Below are positions 24,705-36,843 of a stretch of 64,000 nucleotides of DNA, piece after piece. Under the pieces are notes generated by a model. It had not been told where the DNA came from. It worked only from the letters and a program-made list of their open reading frames with translations, and ran no database searches. The stretch lies in the NCBI GenBank assembly GCA_951406725.2, contig OX597814.1:158224001-158288000 (forward strand), in the 5' to 3' direction. The translations under genes were made by a program, and so were the position numbers. The first letter of the stretch is position 1. Every line of letters starts with the position of its first letter. The stretch comes from Octopus vulgaris (lineage: Eukaryota).

Positions 24705-25502
24705 AATACACATTTTGTACGGGCTATCACCAACGAGTGAAAAATACGTACCCACAAGACAAAACACCAAAAGAAGAAAAAATTCATCATGAATTGTCGG
24801 ACTGTTTATTACTCCTATTTCCTGCTTTTAACGACAATATAGGGAAACTTCATAAGACAACAGCATCCAGAAATGATATAAAATTCATAGAGAGTTAGAG
24901 CTTCGAACGAACAAATAACGACAGAGTGGACGTACAGAGTAAACAATCGCCGAAAACAAACATCAAGAGCCGTTGCGTCAAGACGAATTAACGCCTGGCA
25001 GAAATTGTTTCAAGGAAAGATAAGAAAATAGTAGAATAGAATGATTAGAAGAGAATAAAATAGTAGAAGAATGTCGGGAGCCGAGAAAAATGACATCCAA
25101 CCCGATAAACGTCTAGTCTAGAAAAGACAGGGAGCAAGAGAAATGACCTGTAGTCACGTATGAGTAGTAGAGGCAGAGGAGATGGGGGACAAGAGAGAGG
25201 ATGAGACAAAGAAATAAAAGGAGTGAACTGATAGGAGAAGAAACGATAGATAGTAGGGAGTGGAAGACAGAAAGACATGGGAAGCAAAGTAGGTTATAGC
25301 GGGATAGAGGAAAAGAAAGAGAACAGTGTGTGGCCACAGACATTATATAAAGAGGTAAGAACTTACTGTGGTCAAGACTATGTGGCGTTCGATTATAGAT
25401 AAATAAAATTAAAAATATACATTGCGTAGAGGACATCACCAACGAGTGAAAAATACGTAAACACACGATATATAAATAAAGGACAAAATACCAAAAACAT
25501 AC

Positions 25503-25505
<3 letters not shown>
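24701..25505 (-). mobile_element. Non-autonomous PLE-like element with terminal direct repeat between two (TA)n tracts
   Basis: ATCACCAACGAGTGAAAAATACGTA at ~24726-24750 and ~25435-25459; AG-rich body; degenerate rearranged HHR at 24784-24865. Confidence 0.55.
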
Positions 25506-25544
<39 letters not shown>

Positions 25545-25545
<1 letters not shown>

Positions 25546-25997
25546 CAAAATGGCACAAGAACGCAAAACGTCCGGACAGTTAGGTGATACAAAAAGGAGA
25601 CAACAAAACAACCAGATAGACGATACAAAGAAACCAAGGAAGTTTTTTTTCTTCAGTCGAGTACCAGATTATCTTCGCAATTTCGGCTGATTATACACGA
25701 GATTGCTCCAATCTGGCCAGCCCCAAGGAAAAACTAAGCTAAAGGCATTAGATTCTTTGGAAGAATCAGCGATTATAAAGAAAAAAGGACAGAAAAAAGA
25801 GACAATGTGACACAAATACAAAAAAAAAAAAATACTAACATGACATAACAACATGTATTTTTCGAGTTAGGACGAATAAATTAAGCTGGCATGTGTGGAA
25901 ATAAAGCCTGACGGCAGGGATACAAGGTTTCACAGGCACAGGGAGGAATATTGATATTGCACGGAGAACGGCCAGAGCAAGAAAGAAAGATCAGAAG
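25545..25997 (-). mobile_element. Second member of the 3671-4487 family
   Basis: Shared CAAGAACGCAAAA, CTTCAGTCG, GGCCAGCCCCAAGGAAAAAC and GCTGGC...AAAGCCT blocks. Confidence 0.7.
25650..25724 (-). ncRNA. Rearranged hammerhead ribozyme, copy B
   Basis: GGGGCUGG-CCAGAUU-GGA-GCAA-UC^-UCGUGUA-UAA-UCAGCC-GAAA-UUGC-GAAGAU-AAUCUGG-UACUCGA-CUGAAGA. Predicted cut between 25701 and 25700. Confidence 0.75.
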
Positions 25998-26737
25998 GTT
26001 AAGATTAATCTTTCCTAATAAGCCTGATTTATGGAAATTTAGCAAGATAATTTTAGATGAATATATACCGATCTTGAAAAATAACATTAGACTAGAACTA
26101 TGGTTTAACATCCAGAATGCAATTAAATGGTTCTCAAATATATATAATAAAAATAAACAGAAATTCCTACAAATAGATATTGACATTCATTACTCTAGTA
26201 TTAACCCTACTATTTATAATAATGACTTGATATTTGCCAAAAAAAAAACACACATCTATAAGCGTGAAAAAATTAAAGTAACTTTAACAGCCCGTAAATC
26301 AGATATAAATTTCGATAATAATTTATGGAGATGAAAGGATACCTCTGTTTCGATATTTCTATGGGAGCGTCAGATTCCGAGCAAATAACTGATATAGTGG
26401 GAATATATTTATTGGCTAATATACAAGATACATTCTTAGAGCTCAAAGAGATTCTATATAGGGATGATGCACTCTTCATAATTAACAATACATCTAATAG
26501 ACGCCTAGAACTTATAAAGAAATGTTTTTTTTAAGTTTTAAAAAGATTTGGACCATCTATAACTATAGAAATAGGATATAATTCAATTAACTACTAAGAT
26601 ATGAACTGTAACTTATCATCTGGAATACATGAGCCCTATATTAAGCCTAATTCTAAATTAGAATATATAAATTATCGAGGCAATCATACACCTTCAATTA
26701 GAAAAGCATTAGTATATAATATTACTAGAGAAATAAC

Positions 26738-26811
<74 letters not shown>

Positions 26812-27919
26812 TGAGGATGATAATAAAGTTATATCAATATTAATAGTAATAATCATAGATATATAAAAATGCTGAATAAACTTAAATACAATATCTGCTT
26901 ACAGAATAAAAATATATATACGACGCTTACTGATATTAATAATAATAATAGAGTAGATACTAAAAAGAGCGTTTGGCTTATAGTCCCATATGCCATGCAG
27001 ATAAAAACTAATTTAGTAAAATGTATTCGTAGGCTAATTAATAAATATTTTAATACGAATAAGAAATATTATGAAATTATTGACAATAATAAAATAAGGA
27101 TAGGATATAGTTTAACTCAAAACTTAGCTACCAGTATAGCTTCTATAAATGATAAAAAATTAGATTTATTTTACTTAAATAGAAAATGTGCTAATAATAA
27201 CTCCCCTAATACCAGGGTTAATATAGAAGATATTAGTAATGATACTAGGTATTTCATCAATAAACAGAGTATCATTAATAAAAATCGCAACTCAGTGCCA
27301 TGTAAAGCTCCCTCTTCGACTAATATAACTGATAATTCTTATAAAACATTAGATTGTAAATATATAGATAGTGATTTAAAAATTTATGTGAAATGGAAAA
27401 TGTAGCATATCAATGTAAAGTTACCACAGAAATTAATAAATATATTTATATTGAATCAACTAGAAAAGAAATGAAGAAGCATTTCTCAACACGTCACAGG
27501 AACAGACAAAATTCAACGGGTTTAAGTAAGTTTATTCGGGAGCTTCCGGTTAAAAAATTAATGTCAATTTAAAACTGGATATTTCGGTTTCTGAACCTAG
27601 CAACATTATGAGAAATAAGAAGCGCTTTCTTTGTTTGAATTAAAATTTATTTATTTTAAGAGCTACATTTCCCTTACTTAACCTGAGGGAGGAAAACAAT
27701 TTTTGTTGCCTACATAAAAATAAATATATATTTATTAGATATAAATGATTTTTATAATTCTTATAGTTGATATGTCTCTATAATAGATAACTTGAACTAT
27801 TATTTAACATAAATATACATTTTTATAATTAAAATTAAAATATAGATCTTAAATAATTCACCTTTCCACAAATTATCAATATGAGTATATAGATATAAGT
27901 ATAAATAGTCTTGACTACA

Positions 27920-28084
27920 TACAACGGGCTTCTTTCAGTTTCCGTCCACCAAATCCACTCACAAGGCTTTGGTCAGCCAGAGGCTATAATAGAAGACATT
28001 TGCCCAAGGTGCCATACAGTGGGAATGAACCCAGAACCATGTGGTTGGTAAGGAAGCTACTTACCACACAGCAAATCTTGCGCC
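27920..28084 (-). mobile_element. SINE family A 5' half, inserted in the PLE 3' tail
   Basis: AACGGGCTTCTTTCAGTTTCCGTC...GCTACTTACCACACAGC. Confidence 0.9.
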
Positions 28085-28112
28085 TCATGAAATATTTTAA
28101 GAAGATATGCCT

Positions 28113-28192
28113 GTCTGAAGAAACCTCATTATATTTTTTTTAAAAAGTAATCCTAAACAAAACCTAGTTAATGAAGAAGAAACAGCTGTAAC
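28113..28192 (+). ncRNA. Hammerhead motif in the PLE 3' tail (long helix II, weak helix I)
   Basis: CUGAAGA...CUCAUUA...UAAUGAAG..GAAA-CAGCUG-UA. Confidence 0.55.
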
Positions 28193-30256
28193 TTGATTTG
28201 TCATTTGTTTATAAAGAAATAATAAAACTGAATTGAACATATCATTTATTGATTCAATTATTTTAATTCACTATTTTGTTTCCATTTCTAATTTATATAC
28301 ATATATAGCAAACTTCGATACTCTCTTAACCCTAGAATGATCAGGAATGTTATCATTTTCTGCAACCGTAGAACATCTCGGAAGCAGAACAAGAAACTGG
28401 CGGATCAACGAGTTGTAAAGAATTTACTCCTATTATTTTATGGTGCAAGCGTTTTTGAATTGAATCAACATGCAACCAGCCAGTTCATGGTAAACATATA
28501 CACCAAAATTCAAACTGGAACACTGAATTTGCTGCAAAGAAATCAAAACTAGTTAAGGACTGAGTAACACATTACTGTAGGTTGTCATCAGTTCTGCTTG
28601 TGGACGTAAGTTATACTACTATCAAGCATCACAGGTGGAGCCACTTGCATGCATGAGCAAATTCAAGATGCAATGGCATTAAAAAAAACCAAAGGATTGA
28701 CTGTATCTCACCAGAACATTCCGCTGCAATTCGAGATGGACAGCAACAATTCGCGATGGACGGCAGCTTCCAGGTAACTTCTTCGATATTAGAAGGTGAA
28801 GAATATACGTGACCACACAGGCTATTTTTCTATGAGTTGTCAAAAAAAAAAAATGATAACACTTTTCTGGCACTTAAAATATTGAAAATTATCGATGAAT
28901 TTTATTGGGTGAATAATTGTTATTGAAAAGCAGAGGACTTCCTAACTCTCACATATTGATCTGGTATAGGAAGATAATGTCAGATATGTACAAAATCATT
29001 TCATCCGAGCTATCTGATAAAGATGATGTTCTACAGCTCTTTAAAGCAAACAATAATCTCCTCTGTGGTCCTATGTAGAGCTATCAGTCCAGCTCTACCA
29101 TTCTCCATGTAAGATAAAACATGCACCAAAAGATATCCTAGAATATTTAATCAGGATATTTAAACCGACAATTAAGGACACCAACTAGGCCTTTCGCGAT
29201 AAGTTTAAAGCCAGGAACTTTTCAGCGCTCTCTCACATGTATTATGTGTGAGTGTGTGTCTGTATACATTTCTAAACTGCATATTATGTGTGAGTGTGTG
29301 TCTGTATATGTAATATATTTTATGTGTATTTGTGTGAACTGATGTGCCTCACCGACATTTCACACATGTGTACACACACACACACACTCTCTCTCTCACC
29401 TATCCTCATACTCAGTTTTCTTCTCATATTATGCACATTCCATCATTCCAAAAATCAACTTAATTACGAACAATCTTCCAGAATATTTGCATCGAAAACT
29501 ACCCTCAGATTTCCCAAATTCCTTATTAATGAAGCCAATATCAAACTCCCCCTACCTTTTAGATCTGAAGCAGCGTTTCCTTTTTCTTTAGAGAGGTTTC
29601 TTGTTCTCGGCTTCCATTTACTTTGGTCTTTTTTACCTGCTCTGTTATCAGTTAAGCAGGCAAGGAAGATTATAACAATCTACTAACGTTAGAATAAGGC
29701 ATCATATACAGGATACGAACAGATAATTCTATAGTTGAGATATCAGGCATCTCATCAATCAAATCGATTGTTTCTACTTTTCTGAAATAACGAAAACCCA
29801 CGCAAAATGTGCTTGTTGATTTATATTGATAGGTTGTATATATTGTAAGAATATCTGCAGAAAGCATATTTAATTTCACTTATTTTTACCTTTAATTCAA
29901 GTTGTTTCACGCAAAGACCGTTTACATTTTACATCCATTTACTGATAACAGCATTAGAAGAGTGATTAGAAATAAAAATAAAATATGCAGGACGAAATCA
30001 TTTTCGATTTAAATAGTTTGAACAATTTTAAAGGAATTTTATAAAAAGTAGAACAATGCAGTTTAGAAATATACACAAGTATAGAAGACAGATAGAATAA
30101 GCGAGGGTGTTTTTCGTGACCTCTAGATCTACAAATAGCAAGTAAATTAGCATCAGCTCGCACCCTACGATCTGAAAACGATGCGCCAAGGATAAAGTAG
30201 TCTGTAGCATGCTACTTCAGAAAAAAGCATTAAATGAGTGACTGTGTTGTAGTCAT

Positions 30257-30415
30257 AGACGTGGCTGTGTGGTAAGAAGTTTGCTTCCCAACCACACGAT
30301 TCCAAGTTTAGTCCTACTACTGCGTGGCACCTCGGGCAAGTGTCTAGTACTATAGCCTCGGGCCGAGCAAAGCCTTGTTAGTGTATTTGGTAGACGAAAA
30401 CTGAAAGAAGACCGT

Positions 30416-30420
<5 letters not shown>
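30257..30420 (+). mobile_element. SINE family A 5' half
   Basis: GTGGCTGTGTGGTAAG...GTGGCACCTCGGGCAAGTGTC...CTGAAAGAAG. Confidence 0.9.
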
Positions 30421-30458
<38 letters not shown>

Positions 30459-30459
<1 letters not shown>

Positions 30460-31550
30460 ACGGTTTATGTAGCTGTGAAGACCTCGTCTGTAAAAGTCAG
30501 TTGCATCTGGAGCCAAGACTTTACCTCGGAAATAAGTTCATTATCATCTAAAAAGTGCTTCCTCTTAAAAAAAGACTTTGGAAAGAGGTGGAAGTCAGAT
30601 GGTACAAGGTCGGGAGAGTAAGGGGAATGAGGAAGGATTTCATAGCCGCAGACGTGTGCATTCATCTGGGGAATATGGGCATTGTGAACTGGGGCGTTGT
30701 CTTGGAGAAGGCGGACTCCTTTGGTCAGCATACCACGCCTCTCTGCTTTGTTGGTGTCCCGCAATTTCTGCAGAAGAGATGCATAATATACCCCGTTAAT
30801 TGTGGTACTCTTTGCCAGAAAATCCATCATACCTACTTTGCGCTGGTCCTAAAAGACTGTAAACTTTGCCTTGCTTGCTGAGGGTTGAACACGAGCCTTC
30901 TTTGGAGGTGGTGAGTTATCATGCTTCCATTGCTTGGATTGCAATTTAGTCTCAGGATCATAGTGATGGACCCATTTTTCATCTTCTCAGATGAGTCTGT
31001 CGAAAGAGCTATCCCCGTTTTCTTGGCACATTGCCAAATGAGTCTGGAAGCAATTGACTCATTCCTGCTTCTGGAAAGATGTGAGCATTCGGGGAATCCA
31101 TCGTGCAGACCCACGGATCCTACACGTATCTTCACTTCAAAATGGCGGCTTCCATTTTATGGATGGTGTCATTATCAATGGCGGAATGTGTTGACAAGGA
31201 ATAGGAGCAGTTTCACCCGATGTCTGACTACATTTGAACTGGCGATGCCGATGCTTGATTATGTCGCATGATAGTGCATTGACACCATAAACTTCTTTCA
31301 TCTCATCAAAAGATCTCCTATGGTGTACATCATTTCAAGTATAAGAACCTGATCATTAATCTGCATTCAACTGCCTCCTTTATAACATCTAAGTCCACTT
31401 CAGCAGCCGTAAAAGACAAACGAATATTAGTGGAAAGCTGCAATCTACAATGTGACATGTAGAGACATGTATAATTATACCTTTGCAAGTTCCGTTTACT
31501 GCAATAACAAGAAGTGGATCAGGGGAAATCTTTAATGAACAGCTCTCGTA
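30459..31550 (-). mobile_element. Decayed mariner transposon
   Basis: MDFLAKSTTINGVYYASLL...LLQDNAPVH...LPHSPYSPDLVPSDFHLF; TIR-like start TA-CGAGAGCTGTTCATTAAAG at 31550. Confidence 0.9.
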
Positions 31551-31831
31551 CATCATCATATGACGTCTTTCCCGACAGCGAAACCTGTAAACTTCTGCTG
31601 CATCATTTACACAACAGCAAATAAGAGGGGATCAACGACTTAAGATAGAAAACGTCGAAGCAGCTGAAATACAAAATATTTTTGTATAAAAATATGTCTT
31701 ATCGTAAAAGGATTTGGCGTGAATATTGCATGTTTGGTGCTTTGAAGGGACTATCATTTTTGATCTCATGCAGTTTTTTTTATTCAATAACTGGAGTAAA
31801 TTTAGTAGACGGAAACATTGAAGAAGCGTGG

Positions 31832-31882
<51 letters not shown>

Positions 31883-32045
31883 TTATCCGTAATAATGAAG
31901 GGTGAAATTAATTAATTTGGAATAATTATCAATTACACCAAGTAGTCTTCCCTTTTTAGTAGAAGAAATAGCTATAACTCTTTGACTGCTATTTCTAAAT
32001 TCGGTATGTGGTAAGGCAATTCGTTGCCAAACCCTTTATTGCTTA

Positions 32046-32083
<38 letters not shown>

Positions 32084-32270
32084 GCATATACATTATATGC
32101 ATATACATTATATACATACATATATATATATATTATATATATATATATATATGTATGTATATATGTATGTATGTATTACACAAGGGTAGTGCTACTACAA
32201 TTTTACGTATCACTGCTTAGCGCTCCCCCTCTGTAATACATACATAAATACATACATACATACATACATG

Positions 32271-32341
<71 letters not shown>

Positions 32342-32444
32342 GTGTGTGTGTATGTGTGTGTATGTGTGTGTGTGTGTATGTATGAATGTTTGTATGTATA
32401 TCTTACAGAGGGGTGCGCTAAGCAGTGATGAGTAAAATTGAAAT

Positions 32445-32763
32445 GCTATTATCAGTTAGAATATGCTTGAGGCACGTTCGAACTGGGGAACAAGTTACTG
32501 CGTTTTGTCAAGGAAAACATATCCCGTTTGTTGACAAATGGTGGTATACCCCTCGATCAGCTCGTAGCGCCGCTCGCCTAGAGGAGATAACTATTCCGAA
32601 ATGCTAACATCTCACTGTCTGGGTATATGGCGCTGCGAGTCAATCTAGTTGTATACACACCATTTGTCAACAAACGGAATATATTTTCCGTGACAAAACG
32701 CATTGAGTATCTTGTTCCCTAGTTCGAACCAGCCTCAAGTACATTCGGACTGTTAATAACATC
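32445..32763. mobile_element. Foldback element / MITE, almost entirely self-complementary
   Basis: 32445-32549 is inverted at ~32651-32763; inner CTCGTAGCGCC / GGCGCTGCGAG. Its adjacent 5' flank (32402-32440) is inverted at 32198-32238. Confidence 0.7.
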
Positions 32764-32959
32764 ACTATATATATATATATATATATATACAGACAGACAT
32801 ACAAACACACATATGTATGTATGTATTTAGGTAAGTAGGTAGGTAGTATATAATGTGTGTATGTATATATGTATTTAGTATGTCTACTCGGACACGAGTT
32901 AATGCCGACGTCGATGGCGAATATGCATATCATACGTGTGTATGTTTATGTGTACCGGT

Positions 32960-34010
32960 GTAGTGTCGTACATTACTGCAAAGTGAAAATATTCGCTGAT
33001 GACACTAAGCTCCAGCAAATCGTCAATGAAGAAGCAGACCGAACTCATCTCCAGTCTGATCTATATGCTGTGAGTCAATGGGCAGACAGAAACAGAATGC
33101 AACTGGATGAGGGAAAATTTGAGCTGATGCATTTTGGAAGAAATTCCTCACTAAAACAACCATACTCTCTTCCTTCAGGGGAACCACTCACAGCCTCTAA
33201 CAATATCAGTGACCTGGGTGTAATTGTTGATGACGATCTCAGTTGGAGTGCACACATCAACAAGAAGGTCGATATAGCTCGTAGGATGAGTTCCTGGATC
33301 TTAAGAACTTTCCGGTCCAGAGAACAAGGTGTCATGATACCACTTTTTTCCTCCTTTGTACGGCCACACCTTGAATACTGCTGCCCACTGTGGTCCCCTC
33401 ACACACGACAAAACATCTCCAGAATTGAGTCACCCCAGAGGGCTCTCACTAAACAAATTGAAGGCATGGCTGCTCTCGATTATTGGGATCGCCTTAAAGC
33501 CTTGAAACTTTACTCCCTCCAGCGTCGCCGTGAGCGGTACATCATTTGTACGATGTGGAAAATATACCGTTAACTTTGCCCAAACGACCTAAACATTAGC
33601 TTCAAGGTTCATCCAAGACTTGGACCACGGGCTATACGTCCCCTGCCAAATTCAAGATCACAACATACATGTACACTGCAACATAATTTCTTTTCCTCAA
33701 CAGGCCCTGCCCTATTTAACATTGTCCCGAGGGAGATCAAAGAGGAAAAGGATCCCATCAACTTTAAACAGAGTCTGGATAGATTCCTTCAAAGAATACC
33801 AGATAAGCCACCCATAATTGGATACAACTCACCCAACAAGAACTCACTACTTGAACAAAACTGGATACAACTCACCCAACAAGAACTCACTACTTGAACA
33901 AAACTTGATTTAAACAGGATTCGAATAATCCTATCAGGTGGTGCTATTAAGTTAGACATGGCCTGGACCAATCTTTGGTCGAAACATATCTAAGTTTATC
34001 TAAGTTTATG
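32960..34010 (+). mobile_element. 5'-truncated CR1/L2-group LINE (RT C-terminus + 3' tail)
   Basis: IFADDTKL, LQSDL, DLGVIVD, VRPHLEYCCPLWSP, RLKALKLYSLQRRRER. Premature stop at 33571 with the frame continuing (GPALFN...FKQSLDRFL). 43-bp tandem duplication 33819-33905; tail (TAAGTTTATC)n. Confidence 0.92.
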
Positions 34011-34029
34011 TATAAGTATGTGTGTGTAT

Positions 34030-34243
34030 ATATGTATATGCATGTGGGTGTGCTCCTGCACCGCCTGATAACTGCTGTTAGGTTTGTTCGTGCCCGTAAT
34101 TCAGCGGTTTGTGAAAGAGACTAATAGAAAAAGAACCATACTTAAAATAATAGTCGCTGGGATCGACTTGTTCGACTAAACCCTTTAAGTTTTTGTCCAA
34201 AAATGGCCACAGTTCAATGATTAAAACAAGTAAAAGAGTAAAA
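34030..34243 (+). mobile_element. SINE family A, 3' half (diverged)
   Basis: TGGCCACAGTTCAATGATTAAAACAAGTAAAAGAGTAAAA tail. Confidence 0.7.
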
Positions 34244-35688
34244 ATAATAAATACTCGTCCTGGCAATTGGCACAATTCTCTGTTCCTTTAGATTGAACTG
34301 TAAGTGCGTGAACAAAACAGTATGAAAAGATACACATATCATTTTACTCAGTCTATATAGGAACATACATTAATATAAAATATATATGTTTATCTTCATG
34401 CATTATGTTGCGTAATGTTTTTCATAACTAATGTGTAGTATGATTATCTCGAATACTGAAGCAGAATCAGAAGAGAAGATAATAGAATATATTTAAAGAC
34501 GTCTATATTTATTTTGTTCCTTAGGTGTTAGATATAACCTGTTAGTTAGTTACAGGAGCTTTGTAAAATCAGAAACGAAAGATGATAATCTTATCTATAT
34601 TGATAACATTTTCAAATACTCGTAATCTGTTCATATTCTTAATTATATGTTGTTGAAGCAGATTTTTCAAGGATGTCGATTATGTATTTAAAGGCCATGA
34701 CGTGCGATTTCAGTTAACAAAAGATATTTTGTAATTTCTAGTATACTTTTCTTTCGATGCATGGCTATTTAATTACTGTATGCAACTATAAACTAATATG
34801 GTAGTGCATGCTGACATTTGCAGTCACACATACACGCATAAAAGATACGTGTTATTTCAAAGAGTGGAAAAATTATAATAGATACACAAGAATAGTATGA
34901 AATCATTCACTATTTCACTTTTCCATATTTCTATTAGTATAAAAAAACGCATTCAATAAACCTGCATTATTTTATTATTGTATAATAATATACTCATTGC
35001 TTTGTTTTTTTTATATAAGTATGATGCTAAGTTATAGTATTCAATTCTATAAGGAGTGTATTTCATCAGTTCCATCCATACATATATGCATATATATATG
35101 TATATATACCTATATGTGTGGAGGGGGTGCGTCTGTGTGTGTGTTTGTGTGTGTTTGTGCGTGCGTGTGTGCATACATACATACATACATACATACATAC
35201 ATACATACATACATACATACATACATACATAAAAACTTAGGAAAATCAAACAGAAAGAAGATAACTACAACTCAGAAAACTTCAGCTTCCATATCGCGAT
35301 TACAAATTCACATTTATTCCAATAATAATTGAAGCACTTGGTTTGAAAGTAAGTGCCTAACTGTCAGTCTGGATAAGCTTGGATTTTCAGAAAAAGAAAT
35401 CAACCAGCTAACTCGCGTATTACAAATACAGTCTATAAGCGGAACAGTTAAATTATGCAAGAATTTTCTCAGGTTTAAAAAGTTTTCGTTATCTACATTA
35501 CAAAGATACACACACACACACATATATATATTATATATCTATATATATATATATATATATATCTATATATATATATATATAAAGTTATATATATATATAC
35601 ACAGATACAAGTATATAATATATTATTTCGAATTTGTGTGAATATGTATCGAATAGTAATATCAGTTCAATAAATTTATATATATATA

Positions 35689-36843
35689 TTGGATTGGCAA
35701 CTAAGTTACCGCGGTTTTTTTTTTTTTAATTTTGGAATTCATTGCATTTTTAAATTTTGGAATCTATGTTTTTTTCGAGAATTCTATTTTTGAATCATTT
35801 TGGAATCTAGTTTTTTTTTCTGCTAGTTGATTTTAGTTAATTTTTGTTTCATTTTCGACATCTTTTTGCTTTTAATAAAGGTTCGAAGGCCGCAAAAGCT
35901 GCTCGCGACATTTGTGCCGTGTATGGAGAGGGTACCATAGCTGAAAGAACCGCTAGTGATTGGTATACCAAGTTCAAATAATGGAAATTTTGACCTCAAA
36001 GATGCACCTCATTCTGGCCGTCCAGTTAAGTTCGATGAAGAGCGATTAAACCAAATTTTGCACGAAATTTCTCGGCAAACGACAAGGGAACTGGCAGAGA
36101 AAATAAAATGCTCCCACACTGCAATAGAGAAGCATCTTCACTCGATGGGAAATGTTCAGAAGTATGGAGCATGGGTTTTGTATGCTTTAAGTGATAACAA
36201 CAAAAATCAACGAGCCACAATTTCCGCTGGTTTGCTTGCTCGTCACCGCTCAACTCATGGACACAAGCAACGATTTCTTTACTGGCGATGAAAAATGGTG
36301 TCCGTTCATCAATATGTACAGGAATGACTTAGCCCCGGTAAACAAGCGACACCACGCGTAAAACAAGATCCTCATCCGCGTAAAACGATGTTGTGCTTAT
36401 GGTGGGACTGGAAAGGGATTATCCATTACGGATTGCTTGAACGGAACCAAACGGTCAACACGGAACGTTATATTCAACAGATGGAACGATTCAACACGGC
36501 TATTCAAGAAAAAAGACCTAATCGGCAGCATGGAGTTCTGCTGCACGACAGCGCCCGCCCTCATATCGCCAATATGACCAAGAAAGCCATTCAAATGCAT
36601 GGCTGGGAAGTCTTGTCACATCCGCCGAACTCTCCTGATTTGGCACCAACGGATTTCTACCTCTTTCGATCTCTTTCAAATGCTATGCGCGGAGTTTCGC
36701 TCAATACTGATGCAGAATTGAGAGCTTGGTTGGATCAATTTTTCGAGTCGAAATCGGGTAAGTTGTACCAACAAGGTATTGAAAATCTTGTTGAACGTTG
36801 GGAAGAAGTTGTAAACAACAAGGGTGAATACATCTTTGATTAA
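35689..36843 (+). mobile_element. Decayed mariner (DD34D) transposon, right TIR not seen
   Basis: TA-TTGGATTGGCAACTAAG start; DAPHSGRP, TTRELAEK, GAWVLY, TGDEKW, MLCLWWD, LHDSARPH, HPPNSPDLAPTDFYLF, LVERWEEVVNNKGEY. Confidence 0.93.

Larger units (their letters stand above)
25998..28300 (+). mobile_element. Decayed Penelope-like retroelement (RT + GIY-YIG; Neptune-like), 5'-truncated
   Basis: Frameshifted fragments: RLIFPNKPDLWKFSKIILD, FLQIDI, ARKS, FDISMGASDSEQITDIVGIYLL, LYRDDAL, PYIKPN..EYINYRGNHTPSIRK, VWLIVPY..KTN, IRIGYS, ENVAYQCKV..IYIEST, NSTGLSKFI, FLCLN*, LLNLREE..CCLHKNKY (to ~27745). HHR lies downstream. Confidence 0.9.

Noticed and set aside
33960-33990. Stem-loop followed by GAAAC resembling half a hammerhead
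   Set aside because: No CUGANGA box; better explained as the LINE 3' recognition stem-loop.
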